From: Somniosus microcephalus
Lineage: Eukaryota
Length of the DNA: 64,000 nucleotides
Direction: 5' to 3'
Assembly (NCBI GenBank): GCA_052327205.1
Contig: CM126228.1
Location: 28,086,001-28,150,000 of the forward strand
The translations under genes and the position numbers were made by a program. The notes under the pieces are model-generated. The model was given only the letters and a program-made list of their open reading frames with translations. It was not told where the DNA came from and ran no database searches. Positions 1 to 11,121 of this stretch are shown here, in pieces (positions within the stretch are counted from its first letter, which is position 1; each line of letters begins with the position of its first letter).

Positions 1-3000
1 GAAGCATTTATTTTTGATTGTGTAACTCGCTGCTCATGAAATTTAGAGACTATACTCAGGCTCATCCTCTCAATGTATAGTCATCAACCTAGTTCTTATG
101 GTGGGTCATGGCTCCTACTGTCAAGGAGAGCAATCTAATTCATGCTTTTATTTGAGAGCTTGCTGATGAGGTTTAATGACGCTCATTGATTAGCTCTCTG
201 CTCAATAAACCCCAGTGATGTCATGCACACTCTTGGAAAACACAAAGAGCTTTAGGAATCTGTCTTCATTTTACTCTTGAAAGATGTGACCGCATTATTG
301 CACATGGTAATCCCATTAATCCACCCACAGTAGTTTTCAACTAGATTTGTTGTGCCATAGAATTATTTATTTAGCATGATGATCAAGTTAAAATAATTTC
401 AATTTAATGTATCATTTGATAAATAGAGCTAGGAACACAGCTGTCTTGGTCTAGTGCCATTTTAAAATCTTGCTGCCTTTGTGCGACTGGGAGAATCATT
501 TAGATGCAGTACTAAATCATGAGGTCATGGAAGTATATTATGCGGTGAATATACACCCCTGTTTTGCCTGCATTTCAACCTAGCTGTTAAGAGGTTACCC
601 TTGTTTCTTGACTCATTGACTTAAAACCCTCAATTACAACATAACTTGACAATATAACCACATATGTTGATCCTGTAATTAAAATAATTCTGCTGTTGGA
701 AAAGCTGGTTTCACTTGCTATTTATTGAATTGCGTAGTCTTATTTCCATCTACCGTGAGTGCTATGGCTAAAAGCGTTGGGTTTCTTTGTTAGTCAGAAT
801 ATTTCGATCTCCCGACAAAGCTGATCAAAAGTTCTGAAGTGTGAGTTTAGGGATCATTAAAGTGAGCAGAGAAGAAGTTGCCGTGTACTTTGAGTGAAGA
901 GTTCGCCTGAAAGGCCTCACCATGTGAGCTTTTACAAGCTGCGACTTTGCTGATGCAGGTGAAATAGAAGAAGACAGCAATGGTTTCTCAGCTGTTCAAC
1001 CACTAGTGAGCCATCAATATCTCTTCCTTCAGCTGCCACCACTTTTCAAACAGGAGTGAGGTGTCCACTGGGCTAGCGGCGTTTGGTGACTTAGTCAGCC
1101 TTCGTGATAGACTACAAACAGTTGGTTTCAGTGAGTCCATCACCGAGCAGTTGTTTTCCATCTCCGCGTGACTGGGAGGATCTGTGGTTTCAGATCTGTT
1201 TCAGATTTGCCTCTGATTACGCTCGTGTAGGTAAAATATAATTTCTTTCAGGCTCGTGTATGTTGAATAAAATGCTATATAAAAAAAAATCTGTGAACCC
1301 GGTGAATGGTTTGTATTATGATTTAAAAATAATGCTGATGTGGGGAAATGTCCAACTGTATCGGAGACATCATTTAACCACTAGTTTGGGTTATATGTTA
1401 GTAATAGAAAAGTGTTTTTCTTGAGGTTTTATGGCTTTGCTTTTATTTCCCAGGCTGTAGATGAATTTGTATCAGTGGTAATAGTGCAGCTTTGCTAGAT
1501 AAGTATTAGACCTGAGGTACTGTAACTGCTACTCAGGCTTTAGATTGGAATACGGTGAAAAGATCTGTCGTCTGTGAATTTCTAAGTTCTGAAAGCAGGA
1601 GAAATTGTTATTAATGCATGGTCTGATTCTATCCATTTAGGTGTTGGTTTTGTTGCAAGTTATCAAAATGTGTCACGATTTTAAAAATGATGTAATTATA
1701 AATGTAACCGGATAACTGAAACAAGATGGAAACCTTTTGTTCTTGGTGTGTTCTGACAATATGTAATGAAATCATGGTATGAACTATCACTACCAGCTTT
1801 TCACGGTGGCATTGAACCCTTGTTTACTGCCTTGTATGTTGCCTGAAGGACAGTTGTCGGAAATAGAGTAGCAAGATGGTGTTTATTAAACCTGCATAAA
1901 ATCTACCTGAAGTGCAGAATACTGAGGGGAAAGGAGGTCGTAATAAATTTGTTTGTTGATTCTCACTTGGGTTGCTTAAGAAAATGAGTCACTCGTTGCT
2001 TTGTTCAGACTAGATAAGCATTGACTGACGAGAGCTTCTCAGCATTCACTAAAATCCTTCCTTCTTTCTTAAATGCAAGTTTAAAGCTGATAGCTGGACG
2101 TTCCAAATCAATCTTACCATTGCACATTTCAGAAACTGCTTTTTTAAATAAAAAAAGATTTAATTAAATGCAGTTTAAAATTTTTTTTTTGATTTTACAG
2201 ATTTTTGAAGTCCATTGAAATAATTTTTTTTAACCTTTTCAAGCTTGCATTGTTTTGTAAAATCCCAACATTATTACTGTAGGTGACTCAAAGCACTTTA
2301 TAAGCACAACAAGCATTTCAGTCAATTTTAGTAAAATGTTCCAACTAATATATATTTCAGTAGCCTCAAAGGAAGAATCAATTTAAACATTAATACAACA
2401 ACTTCATCCCATTATTATAATTTAGATGGCAGTTTAACTGACATCCTAAAACCAATGTTATCCTAACAACTTTATGAAGTGACAAAATTGAGACGGGTCT
2501 TATTCTTCAGAAAGCCATAATTAATTCGAGAGCGTGTTCTTGCCATCCACCTAATATTCCACCCTCAAGGTTTTTAAACTGTAGATGGATTTTTGGTGAT
2601 GGGGTCAATTCAATTTCTTGCCTTTTTTTAGAAATCTAATCCATTTTGTTTTTCTTTACAAGTTGACATATAAGGTTTCTTGACATTCACAGAAGATGAT
2701 TACGTTGGAGTGAGTACTGAGGTATTGGAAATAGGGGTGTAAGTTGACGTCCAATTGTTGTAAATAAAATTCTGCCTGCTCAAGCAATCAAAATTCTGCA
2801 CAGTGAAGATAAAACTTGGATCAAGCTCAAACCAGCCTGCAGAGCAGTGATGAATGAGTGACCAGTGTCCTTGTGAGGGAGGTGCGAAGTCCCAGGTATT
2901 CCTTCAAGATCTGTATTGAGATCCTCTCCAAAAGACTTTAAAGGATTTGTGACTCATTTTGTGCTTAAAAATCAAAGACGAGCAGTACTGCAGGTAACAT

Positions 3001-4455
3001 ATTTGCAACCCTCCTCTTTCATACGTATACAAAATATTTGCATCTGGGGTCAGGCTGTTTCCATGGTTATAAACAGGTTTTGCCACGCAAGTAATAAAGG
3101 TGTGGCTATTAAAATGTAATTGATTACATTTGATGTAAGGCATCATCAACAATACCATGTTGATTCTTAAATCCTCCTTTACCAAAGGTTTTTTAATCAG
3201 CTCTGCTCTGGGCTCCCTGCGATGGGGTGGGGATGAAAGTTTCAGTGCAATCTTCATTAGCTAACAAAACACGAGTATCGTATCAATAAATGATATTTTC
3301 CAGAATAGTTCACTCATTTTTTCTGTTCAGCAGTCATTGCTTACCATTTTTAAAAATGGGTGTGTAAATGGACATAAAACTTCCCGGATTTCTTGCCAAA
3401 CCGATGACGGATAGTTTTCCTCCCCTTGTTTTCTATGTTCCTTTAGAAGACCAACATGTAAAGAACAGCTGCCTTGTGAATACCTTGCTCCTTGAGCGTC
3501 TATTTGCCAACACAACAATTACTGCCTCGTTGATTTGTGCCCTCAATAACCCCGTTCGGCATTAAGCACATTTAAAGTATCTTTTCATTCAGCGGTGCAG
3601 TCATTGAAAAAAAGGGGTACAGAGCAAGATTTCCGTCTTTGGATGGCTGCGTTTTTTGTAAAGCATCACATGAAATATTCTCATTAAAATTTGTGGCTCT
3701 TCAAAAATGCCCAAATGCTGATTTCTGGCAGAAGCTACACGTTTGAAGGGCGCACCATTGCTGAAATACTGTAAAAGGTCCTTGTGTCAAAGTGCTATAG
3801 CCCATTTGTGCAGTGGTCGTTTTTTTCGGTGCTTTTTTTTGATATCTGGGTGTGTTTTTCCCCTCAAGATATGTGTTTTTTTCTTTCCTGACCTTTTTGC
3901 CTACATTTTAAATGCTCTCCACAGCCTTCTGTATTGGCTTGTTCTTCAGCAGTATATTTACCTGCAGAATTGATCATTCTAGTAGAGTTTATTTATATTG
4001 ATTTATACCAAAATGGTATTGATTTGGTCAGCAGAGGGTAGAATGTGCAGAAATCCACCACCCATGTTTGTCTGTCCAAATCAAGTTTCCGAGAAATCTA
4101 CACGGGTAGAGTTTCTGTTTGCCAGTTCCAGGATGCAGTCTCTTCCACAGGGACACAGCCTATTTATTTAAGCCCAAAAAGAAACTCCCTGGTTGCTCGG
4201 TGAGTGGTGAGGCAAAACCTGGTGGCGTTCGGCTACACCAAGTCTGTTGCCAAGATTGTCTTCTCCTGCTTCTGGATCATTTCCCAATTACAGATCTACA
4301 TCACCACCTCCTCTACTGACTTCCTCATCCATCGCTTCCTTACCTCAAGGATTACCTTCTCTAATGCGCTGCTCACTTCACTTCTCTACTTTCATCTTGC
4401 CCATTTTGTTCAGGAATCTGCTCCAGCTGGTCACAGTCTGCACCTTAAACTCCCA

Positions 4456-4985
4456 GGGGGAAAAATTCAGTATCGCCCCATTTGGGGCGCCATTATCGGC
4501 TGTGCGCAAAGTTTAGCGCCTGGCGCTAATTATCGCCTCCGACAGCAAACTTGGCTTTTATCGCCCCCGGAGGTGATTGGAGCGCTAAATCAGGCGCTTC
4601 ACACCTGTCTTAAGGCGCAAAGGCCGAGGAGCGAGGCACTACCTCAGAACGCTGGCGAAGCAAGGAAGGGCAAATCAAAATAAACCTGCAAAGTGCTGCT
4701 CAGTACTCAAAACTCCTTCACACAGCGTTGAATCTCTCCAGAAGTCTCTCTCTCAGAATGCGTGGTGCAAAAATGTCACCGACAAAAAAAGGCAGGAAGT
4801 GGTCGCCTTTAAATTACGCTCCCCCAGTCCCTTTCTGACAGCAAAACGCTCCCCTCAACCTGTCGTTGCTAGCGGCAGGCGGTAAGGCAGGGGGGCGCCA
4901 CTCAATATCCGGTCCGGGATGCTAATGGGGCGTTGCGCACTCGACTGACGTCACGATCTGCCGGCGCAGGAGATCATGGCGGTAG
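4456..4985 (+). mobile_element. Truncated PIF/Harbinger-like MITE, same family as 34463-35434 in opposite orientation
   Basis: Starts GGGGGAAAAATTCAGTATCGCCC. It is colinear with the reverse complement of 35434-35232 and 34905-34620, and both copies give the same pseudo-peptide YRP(I/V)WGA..G.AQSLAPGANYR in the ORF track. No right TIR is seen. Confidence 0.7.
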
Positions 4986-6363
4986 TATATAAATGCAAGT
5001 TGTTGCTAAGGGGGATGAGTTAATCTAACAATACAATTATTGTTTACGAATAGTGTCATTTTTGAAGAAGGTAGGCTTTTTGTCAGGAATAGTTGATTTT
5101 TTTTAATGTGTAGAATTTTCAAAGCTGATCAAAAATGTGAAATAGCACAGATACAATGAGGCTTAGTCCTTTATTGTAATTGTTTGGTTTTAATGTTTCG
5201 CATTGATTCATGTTGATTGGTTAGGGAAAAGTACGAGCTTGGATTTATACAGTAGATTTACTTAATCTGATTTGAGGAAGCCCAGCACTGTGATCAGAAG
5301 GATTTTCTAATGGGCTCATGCTGAAAGTCAACTAGGGCACATAATAATTGAGCGTTCAGAAAATATCTCTCGTTTTAAGTTACATTGTCAGTGTCTTCTT
5401 TATGGGAACATAACAATAAATGTCATTATCTGTTACTGAGCTTTCCACCATCATTATTTAAGAACCTATTTCGGGCAGTAAAAACTTTGGTCTCCAACTG
5501 GATCATTTTCTCTGGGGGGTGATTAGTTACGCACAGCACTGGTAAGTCTGGGGTCTTTTCCTTTTGCTCTTGTGTATTTAACAAAGTTGTCAAAATATAT
5601 ACACTATGACACATGCTTGGACCTTTGCCAGAGCTGCTGTTGCCCTGGACCAAGAAACATTTGTTTTAGTAGGGCAAACAGGCTGGCAGTTGGAAAGCAC
5701 TTGGGAGAGAACTGAGTAACTGGCCAGATGAGCCAGAGAGTATTTAGGGTTGCATAAGCTAACATGTGGGGCAGCAAGTACTTGGGGTAGGAGAGCAAGT
5801 AAGTCTTTCTGGGTGGGTGCCGTGCCAAGAAGCACTTCGGGGGCAATAACCTTCACGGCCTAGTTCAACCCACCCAGACCGGACATGAGCCTTTCAACCA
5901 CCCACCGTTCCCAATCATCTGGTTTCTCAGCTGACTTGGGACTATGTGGCTGAATAATTACATTGTCCAGTAAATCGGTACAGGGTATAGGAGGTGAGCA
6001 TAATGTGGCAATGTGTTCAGTTGCTAATTGAGTAAGGATTTGAGGGCTTGCACATTCAGAGTAAAGACTAAACCAGACTAGTATTCATGAATGATGGTGG
6101 AGAGTGACCGACTGACTGGCAGGGATGTGGGGAGTGGAAGGAGTCGGTCAGTAAATGCACACACAACTGCTGTACTGAGCATAAATAAACAACCCCCTTT
6201 TGTATCGTGATTATACAACACTTACCTCAAAGTCTAAAAAACTGTGGTTTATAATGATTTGATTGTTTTCTTTTAAAATTAAGTTACTTTGCAAGCTTCT
6301 GGACGTTTTCATCAGTGGACAAGAGAGGGAGGTGATGTGGCTTCATAAAGTCCTGGTATGCTT

Positions 6364-6662
6364 GGTGGCATAGTGGTTAGCACTGTTGCCTCACAGCGCC
6401 AGGGACCCGGGTTCGAATCCGGCCTCGGGTGACTGTCTGTGTGGAGTTTGCACATTCTCCCCGTGTTTGCGTGGGTTTCCTCCGGGTGCTCCGGTTTCCT
6501 CCCACAGTCCAAAGATGTGCGGGTTAGGTTGATTGGCTATGATAAATTGATCCTTAGTGTTAGGGGGATTAAATACGTGGGGTTATGGGGATCGGGTGGG
6601 ATATGTGTCGGTGCAGGCTCGATGGGCCGAAATGGCCTCTATCTGCACTGTGGGGTTTCTGT
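6364..6662 (+). mobile_element. HE1 / V-SINE-type tRNA-derived SINE
   Basis: A box TGGCATAGTGG, B box GGTTCGAATCC, V-domain core TGTGTGGAGTTTGCACATTCTCCCCGTG...GGGTTTCCTCCGGGTGCTCCGGTTTCCTCCCACAGTCCAAAGA, and CR1-like tail GATGGGCCGAAATGGCCT. Confidence 0.9.
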
Positions 6663-7099
6663 GTGTGAATGGCTAATTTTGCTGACAATCAGAAAAGGAA
6701 AATCCCAGTGAGGTATGCAACCCCCTACCGCCTCTTTCCAGCTTGAAGGTGCAGGGGGTTAATTAATCGGAGAAGGAAAGGGCCCTTAATCTGTTTTCAG
6801 GAGCCAAATGAAGAGAGGTGGGGCTTAATACGATTGACATGGGCTGTAGCCAGTCAAGAGAAACCAAGACCGTTGCAGAACAAAATGACCAGCAAAGCCC
6901 AACCCAACAACTCAAGCTGCATTCAAACGCTCCACATTACATCTCAGGCTCCTGACGCGGGGGTTGGCATCACTGAGGAAACATTTTTAAAAGTTGTATA
7001 ACGCCATACAAGCAAATTTATGTGCGAGATTAAGCATTTTGAAATGCACTCCGCTGGACGGGTTGTGGGGATGGGGGGATGCAAGCTGAAGGTTCAGAC

Positions 7100-7610
7100 C
7101 AACTTCACTAAATGTTTGGAGACATCTGATTAACCTCAACATCCTATTCGGCCCATACTGACTTCGTAGCCTCCCCGTCACAAGGCTGCTTACTTTCACT
7201 TCGGTAACCTCTACATTTTCCACCCCACCTCAACCCATCTGCCGCTAAAACCCTCATTCGTACATTTGTTACCACTAGTTGATAAATCCTGTGCTCTCCA
7301 CCCGTCCTTCACACTCTGTAAAATTCAGCTCATCCATATCCTATCGCAAGTCCTTCTTGACAATTGCCCCTAAGCTTTGTTGACCTACATTGACCCCTAA
7401 TGCCACAAATTTTAAAATTCTCATCCTTGTGTTTAGATTGCTCCATGACTTTGCCCCCTCCCTATCCATAGCCACAACACCCTTTGAACTCTGTTTCTCT
7501 AACTCTGGCCTCTTGTACACCCCTCCCTCCCCCATCTCCCCTTACCTGACCATTGGTGGGTGTGCCTTTCAGCTGCCTAGGCCCCATGCTCAATACCCCA
7601 CTGCCTCTCC
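7100..7610 (+). mobile_element. Degraded L2-type LINE 3' fragment
   Basis: Shares TTTAAAATTCTCATCC, CTCTGGCCTCTTG and CCATTGGTGG...GCCTT motifs with the better-preserved copy at 14030-14360. Boundaries are approximate. Confidence 0.45.
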
Positions 7611-7904
7611 ACCTGAGCTGGAGAGTGTACAGTTTTGTCACAATAAGTACTTGTTTTGGGAAAGCGTTGCAAACATGATACAGGAACTGTGCGCTGTATG
7701 CAGGACATTAATGTATTCTAAAGAGAGATACTGTAAAGGAATAAAGAGATTATAGTAGAACGAAAATAAACAGTTGTAGCTGCAATTCAAGGTTCAGGTC
7801 AAATTTGGGATTTCCACTGGCAGCTAAGAATAAGGGGAACAAAAAATAGCAGCAGGACAGCTTGAATTGGGAATAATGTTGTGCTTTTTAAAAATTACAT
7901 ACAT

Positions 7905-8170
7905 ACATAGGATTACATAGGATATACGGCACAGAAACAGGCCATTCGGCCCAACCAGTCCATGCCGGTGTTTGTGCTCCACTCGAGCCTCCCCCTGTCT
8001 TTCCTCTATCAGTATAACCTTCTATTCCTTTGTCCAGCCTCCCCTTAAATGCATCGATACTATTCGCTTCAACCACTCCCTGTGGTAGCGAGTTCCACAT
8101 TCTCACCACTCTTTGGGTAAAGAAGTTTCTTCTGAACTCCCTATTAGATTTCTTGGTGACTACCTTATAT
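7905..8170 (-). mobile_element. CR1 LINE 3' fragment
   Basis: Minus-strand peptide VRMWNSLPQGVVEANSIDAFKGRLD (CR1 ORF2 C-terminus), followed by TGGGCCGAATGGCCTGTTTCTGTG and a short CCTATGTA-type repeated tail. Confidence 0.85.
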
Positions 8171-10786
8171 TAGTTTTTTTAATAATGAATGCTAACTAGG
8201 ACCAGGTTGATGAATATTAAAATTCTTTGGTACAGTATTTTATGAATGAAGTAGAGATATGTGGCCCATGAATGTCCTGTCAGAGCAATTGCTCTTATCT
8301 ATGGCAGCAGGTTTACCTTTTATGTAATATCAGCTATCCACGATAAATAAATCACGGTGTCACAGAGGGAGACATATGAGAAAATGCTCAACTTAAAAGC
8401 TCTCTAAATAGTAATCGGCATTGCATTAAGCACTCTGCACAATAACTGTAACAGTATCTTCAGGGCATCCGTTGAAATGAAATCCCTCAGTCATTCCCAC
8501 AGAGGAACACAAGATCACATTTTTAGTCTAAATTGAATGGAAAGGAATGGGAAGTACTTATATATCTATATATACACTATAAAGTGAAAAGTGGGATTAA
8601 GCAGACCAAGATTTAAAAAATGAAAGAAGGGAGTATGTAATAGGATTAAAAAGTTTAAAAGAGCCATGGAGATGTTCAACTAATTGATTGATGAGCAGAA
8701 GCACTGGTTTACAATGATTGAATAATTCAAATTCTCTTTTTACTACTGTATATGGATTACAGGATTTTTACCTGTGTTTTGGGGATCAAGTACCATGGTT
8801 TCTGTCTCTTTCCTTGAAACCAATAGCCTTGGTGATGGGTGTAAGGTAGAAAAAAATCCCATTGAAAGTGAGGTTTTAGTAACTTCTACATGGTATAATG
8901 AGCTACCGAAAAGATAGGAAAACGCACATTAACATAAAGTTCAGGAGAGAAAAATAGTGGAAGAATGCGAGGGATAGAAGAAATATATTTTTTGTTGTCC
9001 ATCTATATAACAACACCTCTCATTAACATTTCCTAAGGAAAATAAAGTGTGCTTACAGTGAGGCCATCTTATGGACTTTGGGCACGGTGTTGGGAGGGGG
9101 TGCAAGAAAGGGCAGGGAAGAGATGCGCGCGCGCGCAGATGCCGAGCAAATGGTACAGGAAGTGGGAGGTGAGGAGGAGAGTAACTGAAGGACGTCATTG
9201 ATCATTGCAGAGACTGTACAGTGGAGGTGGCAGATTTGTAGCGTCTGTTCATTTTCTGGAGTTGGATGTTTGAAGTAGAGGCCAATTATTGTTGTCAGTC
9301 TAACAAAAATCTGAACACGATTTGAATAAAATTAGAATTGAGGTTATATTAATAGCTCTGTGGCTTGGGAAAAAAGCATGGTCTTGCTTATTGACACAGT
9401 AGGTTTTGTGGCCAAGGAGACTATTTTATAAAAACAATTCAAGCGGTCAAGTCAGCCCAGTTGATCAGTTCAAAAAAAAAAAATTAAAATTCAAGAAGCT
9501 TGGAGGGATTATTTACTTCTCCCTGATCCCTGTTGGAGTGGTGTCCTGGTATGATATTGAGGAGAAAGAAATCCGGGTCTGTTAAACCGTTTTGGAACTT
9601 TGTACTTTGTCATAGTTGCACTTGGTTTAAAATAGAGCCAGGATTTTCCTGCTGCATCTTCATGTCAAGCAGGAATTCCACCCCTCATGATGGTGTGCTT
9701 AGCTGATTTTCCAGTATTTGAGGCGGGGCTCGGCAGCTGCTGGTGAATGGCTATGGGGCCGGCACAATTTGAATTTTCATTTGAAAAGTACAATCGAGTA
9801 TGCAGCAAATGACCCTGCATTCCTTGCACCCTTGTGCTGGTGCAAATGGCAGAAATGTGTCAGATGACTTATTTCTGTCATGCGCGCGGTATTACTAAGC
9901 GCTCGCTATGTATTGGTGGATGCCTTGCACACCCCCTGTCGCTACTGTTGGAAAGTCCCAAAAACGATGGCGAGCAGCGAGCCAGTGAAGTGGTCCCTGC
10001 TCCAGTAACTGGAACAGAAAACCTAGGCCAAGTTTTTTATTTGGGTAGTCAACAATTTAGAGAGTAAATAACTTTTTGCTGTTAAAATATTTTTCAGCTT
10101 CTTCCAAAGGGGGTGGGGAAGACGTAGCATTTGCTAAATTATAATTTTATATATATAATTATCATTTCAGGCTTGCTAACGAGAATAATTTTCTAAATTT
10201 TACTTCTACCATCACAAAAAAGCGTTTTTGGTAGGTTACGATCTTCCTTGGCACTATAAGTTAACCTCTGGCCATCTTGTCGTCAGTTGTTCTTCCAGCA
10301 TTGGCATCTTGCACTGTGTTCTCTTCAGTAAGAAGAGTTGTAACTGTCAGTGTGCATCTGTTTCAGCCTGTGGGCATGCGTTCTGGTGCTTTAAATTCTA
10401 CTTCACTAGGCTTGTCAAAAATTGTATCTTGTGACTTCAGATTTGTATTTGTGACTTCAGGTTTTGCAGAAAGGCGTTTCCTGTGGCTGCTTATAACTGG
10501 TATCTCTGTGTTGCTTTTAATGGATAATGGCTTTGCAGCCTTCATAGCCAACAATGGTTGCCAGGGAAGGTCTGAAAATGAGCATCCAGAAAAACTTGTT
10601 GAAGAAGCAGTGGGAGCAGTATCGACTTGCATCAGTTTAAGGTGCATCTAAAACAACATGTTAATTATTGTCTCGGTATGTGTTTCTGTCTCTGCTATGC
10701 GGAAAATAGCTGTGCCCTGGTTAAAGAGCATTAGCAATGCGATTCATTGGACCTGTGATGAGCACAATAATGGGATAAGCATGTTA

Positions 10787-11121
10787 CAGGAAACTCTTTG
10801 GTATCCGGCACCGACGGGACCGGTGTGGTGCCGGTTTATCAAAAAGTCCGGATTACAGAGAGATATAGTTAAAAGGTACAAGAGCTCCGTACACAGCAAC
10901 AAATCCAGACTTCCCTGTTGCTTAGCAACATGTGCAGGAACTCCGGCCACAGACCAAGCGTCCCTGTTGCTTAGCAACAAGTGCAGGAGCCCCAGTTACA
11001 CAGCCACAGACCCAGGAACTGCCACTAATATGAAGTAAAACTTACCTGAACCTACTCCTGAATTTCGCCGGTTAACAGAGATTTCCGGTTATTTAGGTGC
11101 CGGTAAATCGAGAGTTTCCTG
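10787..11121. mobile_element. Tc1/mariner-pogo (Tigger-like) MITE, 335 bp
   Basis: TA at 10785-86 and 11122-23 flank ~26-bp imperfect TIRs: CAGGAAACTCTTTGGTATCCGGCACC and the reverse complement CAGGAAACTCTCGATTTACCGGCACC. Confidence 0.85.

Noticed and set aside
2904-3257. Minus ORF with NILYTYERGGLQI, faintly like the L1/Tx1 ORF2 GGL motif
   Set aside because: A single short motif with no supporting neighbours.
5600-5975. Coding-like GC-balanced stretch, with similar ones at 840-1230, 4120-4440 and 25300-25650
   Set aside because: Frames are interrupted by stops and no motif could be assigned; possibly ancient TE relics.
6364-6435. tRNA genes at SINE/LINE heads, also at 26065 and 47070
   Set aside because: A and B boxes are present but continue into SINE bodies without a complete cloverleaf or acceptor stem.
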